Of a DNA stretch of 64,000 nucleotides, positions 6,591-15,424 are shown in pieces. How positions within the stretch are numbered: the stretch's first letter is position 1; each line of letters opens with the position of its first letter. The notes beneath the pieces were generated by a model that did no database searches, was not told the origin of the DNA, and saw only the letters and a list, made by a program, of their open reading frames with translations. The translations under genes were made by a program, and so were the position numbers. Origin of the DNA: Thermoanaerobaculia bacterium (lineage in GTDB: Bacteria; Acidobacteriota; Thermoanaerobaculia; Multivoradales; UBA5704); assembly GCA_035637095.1 (NCBI GenBank), contig DASPXX010000345.1, positions 1,660 through 65,659 of the forward strand. The letters are read 5' to 3'.

Positions 6591-9293
6591 ATGTCCAGCA
6601 TCGAAAAGTTCACCTACACTCTGGCCCATCCCGAGTTCTATGAGCCTCTCGATTTCTTCGCCACCGACGAGGTCCGCTACCAGCGCCATCTCCGCGAGCT
6701 CCTTCCGAACGACTGGAAGGTGATGCGGGAGAGCGTCTGGCTGCACTGCATGCCTCCCGATGCGCGCCTTGTCTATCAAGGATGGAAGATCCACCTGTCC
6801 GCGGTCACTCCGAACGCGGTCGATCTCTTTCGCACCGTCATCCCCGTCCTGGTCCGCGAAAACGTCACATTCAAGACCTGCGCCGCGCCGACCATCCTGT
6901 CGATCATGGTCAGCAAGCGGTGGCACCGCGGCGGGGCCGGCAAGTGCATGACCGTCTATCCCTTCGATACCGATCACTTCATCGATCTGATCGAGCTCCT
7001 GCATCAGGCCACCCTCGGTCATGAAGGTCCCTACATTCTTTCGGACCGCAGATACAAGGACAGCAAGTGCGTCTTCTATCGCTATGGAGGGATCGCGCCG
7101 CGCAGCTCGCTGACCGCCAAGGGCGATCGCGTGCCCTACCTGCTTTCGCCGGAAGGCGAGCAGGTCCCCGACCGCCGCCAGGCCTGGTTCCATCTGCCGC
7201 CCTGGGCCAAGGACCCGTTCGCCAGCGAAACGGCTTCCACCGCGCCGGCGATGAATACTCTCAAAGGCGGGAGGTACCGGCCCGAGGCGGCCCTGCGCCA
7301 CACCAACTCGGGGGGCCTGTATCTGGCTCTCGACACGGCGACGGGTGAGAAGGTCGTTATCAAGGAGGCCCGCCCGCTGACCAATGTCGACCCGACCGGC
7401 GGCACCGAGGCGAAGGACCTCCTGGCCCGGGAATACCGGCTGCTCACGCTGCTCGACGGGGCCGGGGTCGGTCCGCGCGCCATCGATTTCTTCCAGGAAT
7501 GGGAGCACACCTTCTTCGTGCAGGAGTACCTGGACGGCATGACGCTCCGCCAGCACTCGATCCTGCACAACGTGGCCCGGTTCTCCCAGCCGTCGCCGAC
7601 CCATTTCGCGGAGTTCTACAGCGAGCTCCGGCGCGTCTTCGAGCAGCTGGCGGTCATCCTGCAGACCCTCCACCGGCACCAGGTCGTCTTCCGCGATCTG
7701 TCGCCGACGAACGTGATCATCTTGAAGACCGGAGAGGTCCGCCTGGTGGACTTCGAGGCGGCGTCGCAGCTCGGCGTCGATCCGATGAGCAACCTTTTTA
7801 CCCCCGGCTTCGCTTCGTCGGATCACTTCTCGAGCGACCTGCCGCAGTTCGAGAACGACTATTTCTCACTGGGCGCGCTGATGCTCGCCTACCTCATGCC
7901 GATGCACGCCGCCCTCGGTCTCGATACGTTGATGCATCACCGGTTCATCCGCTCGATCGGCGACGACTACGGTTTCCCCGAGAGTCTGATCGATCTGATG
8001 AACGGGCTGATGAGCCGCGATCCCGCCCTGCGTCCGGCGCCGGACGCGGTGCTGGAGATCCTCGCCCATCCCTCTCCCGTGCGCGAGCCCCAGATGGGCA
8101 GGAACGCCGGCCTGCCGGACGACAAGCTGCGCGAGGCGGTATCCCGGATCGTGCACTACACGCTCCGCCAGGCGACCCCGGAACGCAAGGACCGGCTCTT
8201 CCCTTGTGATCCCAAATCGTTCGCGACCAATCCCCTGAGCCTCGCCTACGGCGCCTGCGGCACGGTCTATGCCCTGCACCGGCTCACCGGCGAGGTCCCG
8301 GCCGAGCTGACCGAGTGGATCCTCCGCAAAGAGATCACGACGGACTCCTATGCGCCGGGCCTCTACAGCGGCATGGCGGGTATCGCCTGGGTGCTCCTGG
8401 AGCTGGGCTTCGTCGATCAGGCGCGGGAGATCCTCGACAAGGGGCGCAACCATCCGGTCCCGCAGATCCATGACCTGTTCTACGGCCTGGCCGGTTGGGG
8501 CATGACGCAGCTCAAGTTCTATCACGAGCTCGGCGAGTTGGAATATCTGGACGAGGCCGTCCGCACCGGCCGCGAGCTGCTGAAGACGCGAATCCCCGGA
8601 GACGACGGCTGCCACTGGGCTGCGTCGGAAGAGCTCTTCTTCGGATTGGCCCACGGCGCGAGCGGCGTGAGCCTCTTCCTGCTCTACCTGTACCTCGCGA
8701 CCGGCAACGAGGAGTTTCTTCGCGTCGGGCAGGAGGCTCTGGATTTCGATCTCGCGCAGGCCGTGGACCTGGGAGAAGGATTGCTCTGGCCGAGCCGCAC
8801 CGGCCCGCTGCGCACCGTGGTGCCCTACTGGAGGTATGGCAGCGCGGGCGTCGGCGCCGTCCTGCTCCGCTACAGCCGCGTGGCGGACAACGAACGGTAC
8901 CGGCAGCTCCTGCAGGGGATCAAGCGCGCCGCGATCCGCAAGTACGCCATCTTCCCCCACCGCGGATTCGGCCTGGCCGGCCTGGGGGAATTCCTCGTCG
9001 ACATGGCGCAGCACGGGATCGACGCGGAGGAGTGCAGGGAGGCCGCCCGCAGCGTGGCTTCAGGGGTGATGCTCTTCCACCTGGACAAGGAGAGCGAAGG
9101 CATCGCCTTCCCCGGCGCCGATCTCTGGAAGATCAGTTGCGACTACACCGCCGGAAGCGCGGGGATCGCTCTGTTTTTCGACCGGCTGCTGAGCCGCCGG
9201 CCGGCCGATTTTCTGCTGGACGAGCTGTTCCCGGCCGCGGCTGCTCCGCGTCTCGAGCCATCCGCGGTCGAGGCGGCCGGAACGGCTCGCTGA
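6591..9293 (+). CDS. Class III lanthipeptide synthetase (LanKC: lyase-kinase-cyclase)
   Basis: N-terminus: QGWKIHLS, FKTC, GKCMTVYP (pSer/pThr-lyase-like). Middle: VVIKEA, FRDLSPTN, VDFE (protein kinase). C-terminus: GxxG helix-pair repeats (GMAGIAWVL, GLAGWGM, GLAHGASGVS, GSAGVGAVL, GLAGLGEF, GSAGIALFF). WRYG replaces WCxG and SCDYTAG replaces CHG, so the Zn ligands appear absent. Confidence 0.85.
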   Translation: MSSIEKFTYTLAHPEFYEPLDFFATDEVRYQRHLRELLPNDWKVMRESVWLHCMPPDARLVYQGWKIHLSAVTPNAVDLFRTVIPVLVRENVTFKTCAAPTILSIMVSKRWHRGGAGKCMTVYPFDTDHFIDLIELLHQATLGHEGPYILSDRRYKDSKCVFYRYGGIAPRSSLTAKGDRVPYLLSPEGEQVPDRRQAWFHLPPWAKDPFASETASTAPAMNTLKGGRYRPEAALRHTNSGGLYLALDTATGEKVVIKEARPLTNVDPTGGTEAKDLLAREYRLLTLLDGAGVGPRAIDFFQEWEHTFFVQEYLDGMTLRQHSILHNVARFSQPSPTHFAEFYSELRRVFEQLAVILQTLHRHQVVFRDLSPTNVIILKTGEVRLVDFEAASQLGVDPMSNLFTPGFASSDHFSSDLPQFENDYFSLGALMLAYLMPMHAALGLDTLMHHRFIRSIGDDYGFPESLIDLMNGLMSRDPALRPAPDAVLEILAHPSPVREPQMGRNAGLPDDKLREAVSRIVHYTLRQATPERKDRLFPCDPKSFATNPLSLAYGACGTVYALHRLTGEVPAELTEWILRKEITTDSYAPGLYSGMAGIAWVLLELGFVDQAREILDKGRNHPVPQIHDLFYGLAGWGMTQLKFYHELGELEYLDEAVRTGRELLKTRIPGDDGCHWAASEELFFGLAHGASGVSLFLLYLYLATGNEEFLRVGQEALDFDLAQAVDLGEGLLWPSRTGPLRTVVPYWRYGSAGVGAVLLRYSRVADNERYRQLLQGIKRAAIRKYAIFPHRGFGLAGLGEFLVDMAQHGIDAEECREAARSVASGVMLFHLDKESEGIAFPGADLWKISCDYTAGSAGIALFFDRLLSRRPADFLLDELFPAAAAPRLEPSAVEAAGTAR

Positions 9294-9320
9294 AACGACC
9301 AGAACCCAACGAGGGGCATC

Positions 9321-10334
9321 ATGAGCAAACCACTGATCAGTTATTCCTTGACGCGCCATCCCAGCCAGTCCCGCATCGCGTCGGCCTACATCGACGCTCT
9401 GCGCGAGCGCTATGAGATGGTCAGCAGCCAGGACGACGCCGACGTCGTCATCGTCCACCATGCGCCGCGCAACTACGAGACGGTCTATGCCCTGCATCCC
9501 GCGCTCGAGGACAGCTATGTGATCTCCTGCTGCGTAACGCATGCGGACGTCCTGCCGCCCCACTGGCAGCGCAACCTGGCGCGCGTCCAGGAAATCTGGA
9601 CCTGCTCGCGGTATTGCCATCAGATCCTGTCGCGGTACCACCCGAAGGTGACTCACATCCCCTATGTGGCCGAGCGCGACTTCACCTGCTCCGCCACCGC
9701 CCTCGAAGGCATCCGCCGGATGATCGATCACGACGAGGACAACGTCTATTTCCTGAACATCGCCCTCAGCAATCATCCCCGGAAGAACGTCCAGACGCTG
9801 GTCGAGAGCTTCAAGAAGGTGGCCGCCGCCATGCCGAAGGCGCGGCTGGTGCTCAAGGGGATGCCGCAGGACGTGCCGACCTGGTCGCCCCACCCGCAGG
9901 TCCTGTTCCTCCCGTTCCAGATGCCGTTCGAATACATCAGCGCTCTCTACCGGCTGAGCGGCGTGTACGTCAGCACGCACCGCTCGGAGTCCTGGGGCCT
10001 CACGATGTCGGACGCCATCCTCTGCGGCAAGCCCGTCATCGCGACCGGCTATTCCGGAAATCTGGACTACATGAACGAGGACAATGCGTTCCTGCTCTCC
10101 TACCGCGAGAGCGCCATTCCGGGGCAGGCCCTCGGGGTGGAGCTCGACGGGGCGACCTGGGCCGATCCGGATCCGGCCAGCCTCGAAGAGAGATTCCTGT
10201 ACCTGTACGAGACGCATGCCAGCGAAGCGACCCGGCAGAAGGCCGAGCGGGCGCGCCAGGAGATCCTTCGCTTCAACCGGCCGTATGTCACGAACCTGAT
10301 CCATCAGAGCATCGAATCGGCCCTCGCCGGCTAG
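9321..10334 (+). CDS. Glycosyltransferase (GT-B fold, GT1/GT4-like)
   Basis: C-terminal motif STHRSESWGLTMSDAILCGKPVIATGYSGNLDYMNEDNAFLL (E-x7-E type). Starts 27 nt after the LanKC gene. Confidence 0.75.
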   Translation: MSKPLISYSLTRHPSQSRIASAYIDALRERYEMVSSQDDADVVIVHHAPRNYETVYALHPALEDSYVISCCVTHADVLPPHWQRNLARVQEIWTCSRYCHQILSRYHPKVTHIPYVAERDFTCSATALEGIRRMIDHDEDNVYFLNIALSNHPRKNVQTLVESFKKVAAAMPKARLVLKGMPQDVPTWSPHPQVLFLPFQMPFEYISALYRLSGVYVSTHRSESWGLTMSDAILCGKPVIATGYSGNLDYMNEDNAFLLSYRESAIPGQALGVELDGATWADPDPASLEERFLYLYETHASEATRQKAERARQEILRFNRPYVTNLIHQSIESALAG

Positions 10335-10345
10335 GGGAAACGCTC

Positions 10346-11278
10346 ATGAGCACAGATCCTCGCTTCGTGGAGCGCACGGAACAGCTCGACCGCGACGGCT
10401 TCTTCGTTTGGCCCGGGCTGCTGCCGGATTCGCTGGTCGACCGGCACCTCGCGGATTACGAGGCGCTGAATGCCGCGCTGGCTGCCGAGCCGCGGGAGCA
10501 GGCGGAGATCAAGCAGGCGCGCTACGACTTCCATCGCGACAATCCGGCGACGCAGGAGCTGTACTTCAATCCGGACCTGCTGGCCTTCCTGAGCTTCTAT
10601 TTCGGGGAGGAGCCGGTGATGCGGCAGCCGGAGACGGGCCTCCACCACCGGAAGACTCCCGACCACACGGATTCGCTCGATTTCAAGGTCAGCCCGCACC
10701 GGCACGAGCTGCGGATGTGGTGCGCCCTGGAGGACATCCATCCCGACTCGGGTCCGGTCTATTTCGTCCCCGGCAGCCACCGCTCGATTGCCGGCCGGCT
10801 GGAGCGCGACGTCCTGACCGAGCATCCGGAGCTCGGCGAGCTGCTGCGCGCGCAGATGCATCCGACCACGGCCCAGGAGTTCTACGTGGCGACCCAGCCG
10901 CTGTGGAACTATGTGAAGCAGAGGAAGATCCCGACCGCGATCCAGGAGAACGGCGTCGAGCGGGTGCCGCTTCTGCTCGAGAAAGGCGACGTCGTCATCT
11001 TCAGCTCGGATTGCGTGCACGGCACCTGCCGCTGCGCCAATCCCGCGCTGACGAGGAAATACTGCGTCGCCTACTGGTCGGCCGCCGGCGCGGAGTGGTT
11101 CCAGTCGCGTTCCTACTGGGGCCCTCTCCACGACTACCGGGACGCGGAAAACGCCATCTCGGCGCCGGTCGAGAGAACCCCGCTGGGGCTCCGGATGTCG
11201 TTCCAGGAGCTCCACGCGGCCTACATGGCCTCCTTCGAGAAAGCGGTGGTCCAGCCGGCGGTGGCCCGGTCGGCGTGA
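10346..11278 (+). CDS. PhyH-family Fe(II)/2-oxoglutarate dioxygenase
   Basis: ORF 9614..11278 trimmed to ATG 10346 (MSTDPRFVERTEQLDRDGFFVWPGLL). The facial triad is HTD...SSDCVHGT. Starts 11 nt after the glycosyltransferase. Confidence 0.8.
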   Translation: MSTDPRFVERTEQLDRDGFFVWPGLLPDSLVDRHLADYEALNAALAAEPREQAEIKQARYDFHRDNPATQELYFNPDLLAFLSFYFGEEPVMRQPETGLHHRKTPDHTDSLDFKVSPHRHELRMWCALEDIHPDSGPVYFVPGSHRSIAGRLERDVLTEHPELGELLRAQMHPTTAQEFYVATQPLWNYVKQRKIPTAIQENGVERVPLLLEKGDVVIFSSDCVHGTCRCANPALTRKYCVAYWSAAGAEWFQSRSYWGPLHDYRDAENAISAPVERTPLGLRMSFQELHAAYMASFEKAVVQPAVARSA

Positions 11279-11303
11279 GAGCCATGACGCCACGCGCTTT
11301 TTT
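11273..11303 (+). terminator. Weak intrinsic terminator after the dioxygenase gene
   Basis: GCGTG, 13-nt loop, CACGC, then GC and TTTTTT. Confidence 0.35.
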
Positions 11304-11347
11304 GTGTATTCTGAGCGTCGAAACGGTTTCCGGGGAGGATCAGTAAG

Positions 11348-13801
11348 ATGTTTGGACTCCGCCAGCTCTCCCTGTTCACGCGCGAGGTGCGCTTCGCCGC
11401 GCGCGCGCTGCGCAAGAGCCCGGTGTTCACGCTCACGGCGGTGCTGACCCTGGCCATCTGCATCGGCGCGAACACGGCGCTGTTCAGCGTCGTCGATGCG
11501 GTGCTGCTGCGCCCGCTCCCTTACCCGCAGCCGGAGCGGCTGGCCGAGGTGATCACCCGGTTCGAGGACAAGGGTCCCGAGCAAGACGAGGATTCGCACT
11601 CCGGACAGACCTGGTTCCTCATCCGGGATCACGCGGAAGGGTACGACGCCGCCGTCTCCTCGGGTCTCGCCTCGGGAGTCAACTTTGCGGCCGCCGGCCG
11701 GGTGGAGTACGTGCAGCAGGAACGGGTGGGAGCCGGCTTCTTCCGCGTCCTCGGCATTCCGCCCCTCCTCGGACGGGAGATCTCTCCCGAGGAAGACACG
11801 CCGGGAGGCCCGGCGGTGGCGGTGCTCAGCCACCGCCTGTGGCAGCGGGTCTTCCATGCCGATCCTGCCGTCCTCGGCCGCGTCGTCCTGCTGCGCGGCG
11901 TTCCCCATGTCGTCGTCGGGGTCATGCCGCCCGGCCTGGTGACCACGGGATCGGCCGACCTGTGGACGCCCCTCCAGCCCTCGACGACCGGCGAGGGCGA
12001 GGATGAGAACTACCGCGTCATCCTCCGCCTCCACGAGGGGACGGCCTGGCCGCAGGCCGTGGCCCGGATCGCCACGCTCGGCCAGACGGCGCTCACGGAG
12101 AGGCGTGCGGAGGACCCCTCCGTCCGCCTCACGCTCGTACCGCTCCAGCGGGGCCTCACCGAGACGGTCCGCAAGCCGCTCCTCGTGCTCTGGGCCGCGG
12201 CGGGCATGCTCCTGTTGATCGGGTGCGTGAACATCGCGAGCCTGCTCCTCGCGCGGGCGGTCGAGCGCAGCCGTGAGACCGCGACCCGGCTCGCGCTCGG
12301 GGCGGGGCGGACGACCATCCTCCAGCAGCTCCTGGCCGAGAGCCTGCTCCTCGGCGTGAGCGGCGGGCTCGGCGGCCTGCTCCTCGGTTTCTGGGCCTTG
12401 CGCGCGGTCAAACCGCTGGCGCATGGCAGCCTCGAGCTGTGGCAGGAGGTCACGCTCGACACCCGGGTGCTCGCCTGGTCGATCGGCGCCTCGCTCCTCG
12501 CCAGCTGTATCTTCGGCCTCCTTCCCGCGCTCCAGATCCGCCGCGTCGACATCCGTTCGACGCTCGGCGAAGGGGGCCGCGGAAGCACAGGGAGCGGGCA
12601 CCGGTGGGCGAGGCGCCTGCTGGTGATCTCCGAGGTCGCGCTGAGCGTCGTCCTCCTGGTCTGCGCCGGCCTCTTCCTCCGCACCTTCTCGGCGCTCCGC
12701 GCGCTCCAGCCCGGCTTCGATGCGAACAACGTGACGACCGCCCAGCTGTCCTTGCAGGATGCGCGCTATACCACGAGCCGGCAGATGAACCGGCTGTTCA
12801 CCGACACCCTGTCGCGCATCCGCGAGCTGCCCGGGACCGAGGGAGCCGCGGTCGGGCTGGGATTGCCCTATGAGCGCCAGCTCAGAATGGGTTTCCAGCT
12901 CATGGACGGCGCCGAGGCCGCGGGACCCGGCGGCAACACCACCGCGACCTACGTGACGCCGGATTACTTCGCGGTGCTGCGCATCCCGCTCGTGCGCGGC
13001 CGCCTGCTGCGCGACAGCGACGGACCGGAGGCGGGCAAGGTGGCCGTGGTCAACCAGGCCTTCGTCCGCCGCTATCTGCCACAGGGAGAGCCGATCGGCC
13101 GGCACATCCAGCTGGCCGGCGAGACGCGCGAGATCGTCGGCGTCGTCGGCGACGTCCTCCAGCAATCGGGAGGGACGAACGGTCCGATCGCTCCTCTGCC
13201 GGCGACCCTCTTCCCGGCGGCGCAGGCGAGCGACGACATGATCCAGCTCGTGCACACCTGGTTCTCACCGAGCTGGATCGTGAGGACCGGAGAACGCCCC
13301 GACCAGGCGGCGCTCGGCATCCAGCGCGCGATCGAAGCCGTCGATCCCCGGCTGCCCATCGCGAGCTTCCGCGGCATGGAAGACGTCGAGAGGCGCGCCA
13401 CGGCCCGGCAGCGCTTCCAGGCCATCCTCCTGGCGACGCTCGCCGTCCCCGCCGCGCTCCTCGCCGCGATCGGCATCTACGGTCTGATCGCCCACGCGGT
13501 CGCCGAGCGACGGCGCGAAGTGGGCATCCGGCTGGCGCTGGGCGCCACCCGCTGGCAGACGATCCGGGCCGTCGCGCAACCGGGCATCCTGCTCGCTCTT
13601 GTGGGCACCGCGCTCGGCTGCCTTCTGGCGCGAGTCGCCGTCAAGTCGCTGCAACATCTCATCTGGGGAGTCCAGGCCACCGACCCCGGCACCTTCGCCG
13701 CGGTCACGCTGGGCCTCCTCCTCGTGGCCACCGCCGCCAGCATCCTGCCCACGTTGCGCCTGAACCGGCTCGACCCCTCCCAGACCCTGCGCGATTCGTG
13801 A
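11348..13801 (+). CDS. ADOP-type duplicated MacB/FtsX-like permease (acidobacterial duplicated orphan permease family)
   Basis: 817 aa. The N-terminus ...[48 protein letters not shown] is typical of the family. There are two FtsX-like halves and no adjacent ATPase gene. Confidence 0.8.
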   Translation: MFGLRQLSLFTREVRFAARALRKSPVFTLTAVLTLAICIGANTALFSVVDAVLLRPLPYPQPERLAEVITRFEDKGPEQDEDSHSGQTWFLIRDHAEGYDAAVSSGLASGVNFAAAGRVEYVQQERVGAGFFRVLGIPPLLGREISPEEDTPGGPAVAVLSHRLWQRVFHADPAVLGRVVLLRGVPHVVVGVMPPGLVTTGSADLWTPLQPSTTGEGEDENYRVILRLHEGTAWPQAVARIATLGQTALTERRAEDPSVRLTLVPLQRGLTETVRKPLLVLWAAAGMLLLIGCVNIASLLLARAVERSRETATRLALGAGRTTILQQLLAESLLLGVSGGLGGLLLGFWALRAVKPLAHGSLELWQEVTLDTRVLAWSIGASLLASCIFGLLPALQIRRVDIRSTLGEGGRGSTGSGHRWARRLLVISEVALSVVLLVCAGLFLRTFSALRALQPGFDANNVTTAQLSLQDARYTTSRQMNRLFTDTLSRIRELPGTEGAAVGLGLPYERQLRMGFQLMDGAEAAGPGGNTTATYVTPDYFAVLRIPLVRGRLLRDSDGPEAGKVAVVNQAFVRRYLPQGEPIGRHIQLAGETREIVGVVGDVLQQSGGTNGPIAPLPATLFPAAQASDDMIQLVHTWFSPSWIVRTGERPDQAALGIQRAIEAVDPRLPIASFRGMEDVERRATARQRFQAILLATLAVPAALLAAIGIYGLIAHAVAERRREVGIRLALGATRWQTIRAVAQPGILLALVGTALGCLLARVAVKSLQHLIWGVQATDPGTFAAVTLGLLLVATAASILPTLRLNRLDPSQTLRDS

Positions 13802-13930
13802 GCCTCCCAGCCAGGGGCAGGCACAAGGCCCGCCCCTACAGTTGCCAATTACAGCCTCGTGTCCGAGGTCCGTGTAGGGGTACCACCCATCGTCGTTGAT
13901 CTCGCTGTCGCCTCCTCCGGAGGCTTGAGA

Positions 13931-13996
13931 CCGGAGGCGCTCCAGTTCCCGGGGCTCACGCCCCGGGCTAAGCGCCGACGCCCCCTCCGGGGGCTC
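13931..13996. repeat. GC-rich palindromic interspersed element (inverted copy of 14199..14275)
   Basis: Contains hairpins CCCGGGGCtcacGCCCCGGG and CCCCCtCCGGGGG. Its reverse complement aligns with AGCCCCCGAAGGGGGCG...TAGCCCGGGG...CCCCGGGT at 14199..14275. Confidence 0.5.
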
Positions 13997-14002
13997 TCAC
14001 CC

Positions 14003-14504
14003 AGCTCACCCACCGTACAGATCAAGGCAGTTCCGGCCGGGCGGCACGGGCGCGTGGACGGAGATCAGCCGGTTCTTTTACTCGTCGCAATCCCACCGTA
14101 CGGATCAGGGCAGTTCCGACGATAACTACGTCGCGATCGCGGGGAGGCTAGGCAAGTCGCAATCCCACCGTACAGATCAGGGAAGTTGTCGCATCCGAAA
14201 AGCCCCCGAAGGGGGCGACAGAATGTAGCCCGGGGTCAGAGCGACGAAGGAGCAGCGACCCCGGGTAAGGAGCACCCACTCTTTTCCAAGCCCCAGAGGG
14301 GCGGCAGCAGCCTCTCGTCGCAACCGACCACCGTACAGATCAGGGCAGTTCCGGCGCACTGGATCATGTCGGAGCAGATGGCCAACTGAATCACGTCGCA
14401 ATCCCACCGTACAGATCAGGGAAGTTCCAAGGATGAAAGCAGCCGATGGCTGCAACGTCACGATTGAGTCGCAATCCCACCGTACAGATCAGGGAAGTTC
14501 CAAG
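14003..14504 (-). CRISPR. CRISPR array 1 (6 repeats of 37 nt; no cas genes in the window)
   Basis: Repeat as written on the + strand: GTCGCAATCCCACCGTACAGATCAGGGAAGTTCCAAG. Copies: about 14003-14036 (degenerate, partial), 14084-14120, 14156-14187 (truncated after GGAAGTT), 14317-14354 (degenerate), 14395-14431 and 14468-14504 (both exact). Spacers are 35-47 nt and lower in GC. Degeneration at the low-coordinate end and the conserved flank on the right imply minus-strand transcription. In that sense the repeat ends in ATTGCGAC. Confidence 0.85.
14199..14275. repeat. GC-rich palindromic element inserted inside CRISPR array 1
   Basis: Follows the truncated repeat 14156-14187. Contains hairpins GCCCCCgaaGGGGGC and CCCGGGGtcagagcgacgaaggagcagcgaCCCCGGG. 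Confidence 0.5.
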
Positions 14505-14722
14505 GGCGGCCGTTCCAACCCTCTGAGTCCACAGGCACTTAAGTTGGGTCTTTTTATGACCCGGCTCGAAGGTCGTCTCTGCTTCTCGTTTTCCACAGCC
14601 TTTCAGCTCACCTCCTCTCTGGTAACCTCTTGAAGGCCGGGCACTTCCGGTCCTTTTATGATCTCCCCGTCAAAATGGCACTTTGAGGCTGGCATGCTTT
14701 TTGTCTGGCACACCGCTTGCTT
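14505..14722 (-). promoter_or_regulatory. CRISPR leader 1 (conserved with 35694..35910)
   Basis: About 220 nt with roughly 85-90% identity to the flank of array 2. AT-richer patches are present (TTTTTATGA, TTTTATGAT, CAAAATGG). Confidence 0.6.
14706..14721 (+). promoter_or_regulatory. Sigma-54-type -24/-12 promoter motif pointing away from the array
   Basis: TGGCACaccgcTTGCT against the consensus TGGCAC-N5-TTGCW. GG and GC are exactly 10 nt apart. The paralogous site at 35894 keeps both elements while the N5 spacer differs. Confidence 0.45.
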
Positions 14723-14822
14723 CCACTCGGCGACCATGACAGGGCTGCTGCCCAAATAATCCTACTCTCTTTGCCGCGGCTTGGGGAGATCTTCCTCCCC
14801 AGTTCCTCTTCATAGGCCGGAT

Positions 14823-14976
14823 CCCGGCGAGATGCCCGGCTCGTCGCGTTGTTGCTTCAGTTTTCAAAGAGCGCAGGGGATCGGGCGCAGCCTGGCCCCT
14901 CTGACTTCTCTAGACACAGGTTGCCGGCGGATTGTTGGACGCGGCCCAATCTTCCCTCGGCAGGGCGGCCACCGCC
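14823..14976. other. 153-nt conserved non-coding block, copy 1 (paralogue at 36257..36410)
   Basis: About 92% identity between copies. Substitutions do not favour synonymous sites in any frame I checked. A small stem AGGGG...CCCCT is kept with a changed loop. Confidence 0.5.
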
Positions 14977-15007
14977 GGCGTCTCGCCAGGGCGAACACCG
15001 GTCCTCA

Positions 15008-15322
15008 CGGGGCGAAGGCCGGCTGTCTTGGGGCGGAGGCCGGTACTCGCGGGGCGAAGGCGAGGACTGACGGGGCGAACATCGGGACTGACGGGGCGGA
15101 GGCCGGGACTGACGGGGCGAAGCTCATCCCTGCAGGGGGAAAGGCTCCCCCAGGAGGGATGACCTCGTACCCAACAGGGGCGGCCGTCGCCCCTCTTGGG
15201 GGAGCCGTCGCCCCAGCAGGGATGAGCTCGTACCCAGCAGGGGGGACCTCGTACCCGTCAGAGGGGAGCTCGTACCCAGTAGGGGGGAGCTTCCCCCCAA
15301 CACGGGCGGCCGTCATCCCAGA
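15008..15322. repeat. 21-bp phased minisatellite, copy 1 (about 15 units)
   Basis: G-runs start at 15009+21n for n=0..13 with no indel. The first 6 units resemble CGGGGCGRRGGCNGGGACTGA. The later units are GGGG-N-CCCC mini-palindromes (for example GGGGCGgccgtCGCCCC and GGGGGGAgctTCCCCCC). Confidence 0.85.
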
Positions 15323-15396
15323 CAAAACGCGAAGACGCGCGACGCTTCCTTGCTTGCGGCCCATCCGTACCATGGAGCTTGTCGTGCGCCGACACC
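15317..15396 (+). promoter_or_regulatory. Conserved block upstream of precursor A2 (paralogous to 6247..6325)
   Basis: Same sequence block as upstream of A1. It directly abuts the last minisatellite unit. Confidence 0.35.
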
Positions 15397-15424
15397 TTCA
15401 CAACACAAACGTAAGGAGAAGACA

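Noticed and set aside
11348-13801. The ADOP permease as the dedicated transporter or immunity protein of the lanthipeptide cluster.
   Set aside because: It is separated from the dioxygenase gene by a hairpin plus T6. It belongs to a family that is massively paralogous and typically orphan in Acidobacteria. A dedicated ABC exporter is already coupled to operon 2. A link cannot be excluded, but there is no positive evidence.
13859-14461. Small ORFs over the CRISPR array and hairpin elements (13859..14125 +, 14186..14389 +, 14177..14461 -, and the analogous 35004..35822 set).
   Set aside because: They read through CRISPR repeats (recurring PPYRSGKF / SHRTDQGSSK peptides) or palindromic elements. 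They are artefacts of repeat sequence.
15373-15388. Sigma-54-like motif TGGAGCttgtcGTGC just upstream of precursor A2.
   Set aside because: The paralogous A1 sequence (TGGAGCTGTCGGGCGCC) has a 1-nt deletion that breaks the GG-N10-GC spacing. The -24 element matches only 4/6. It is not supported as a conserved promoter.
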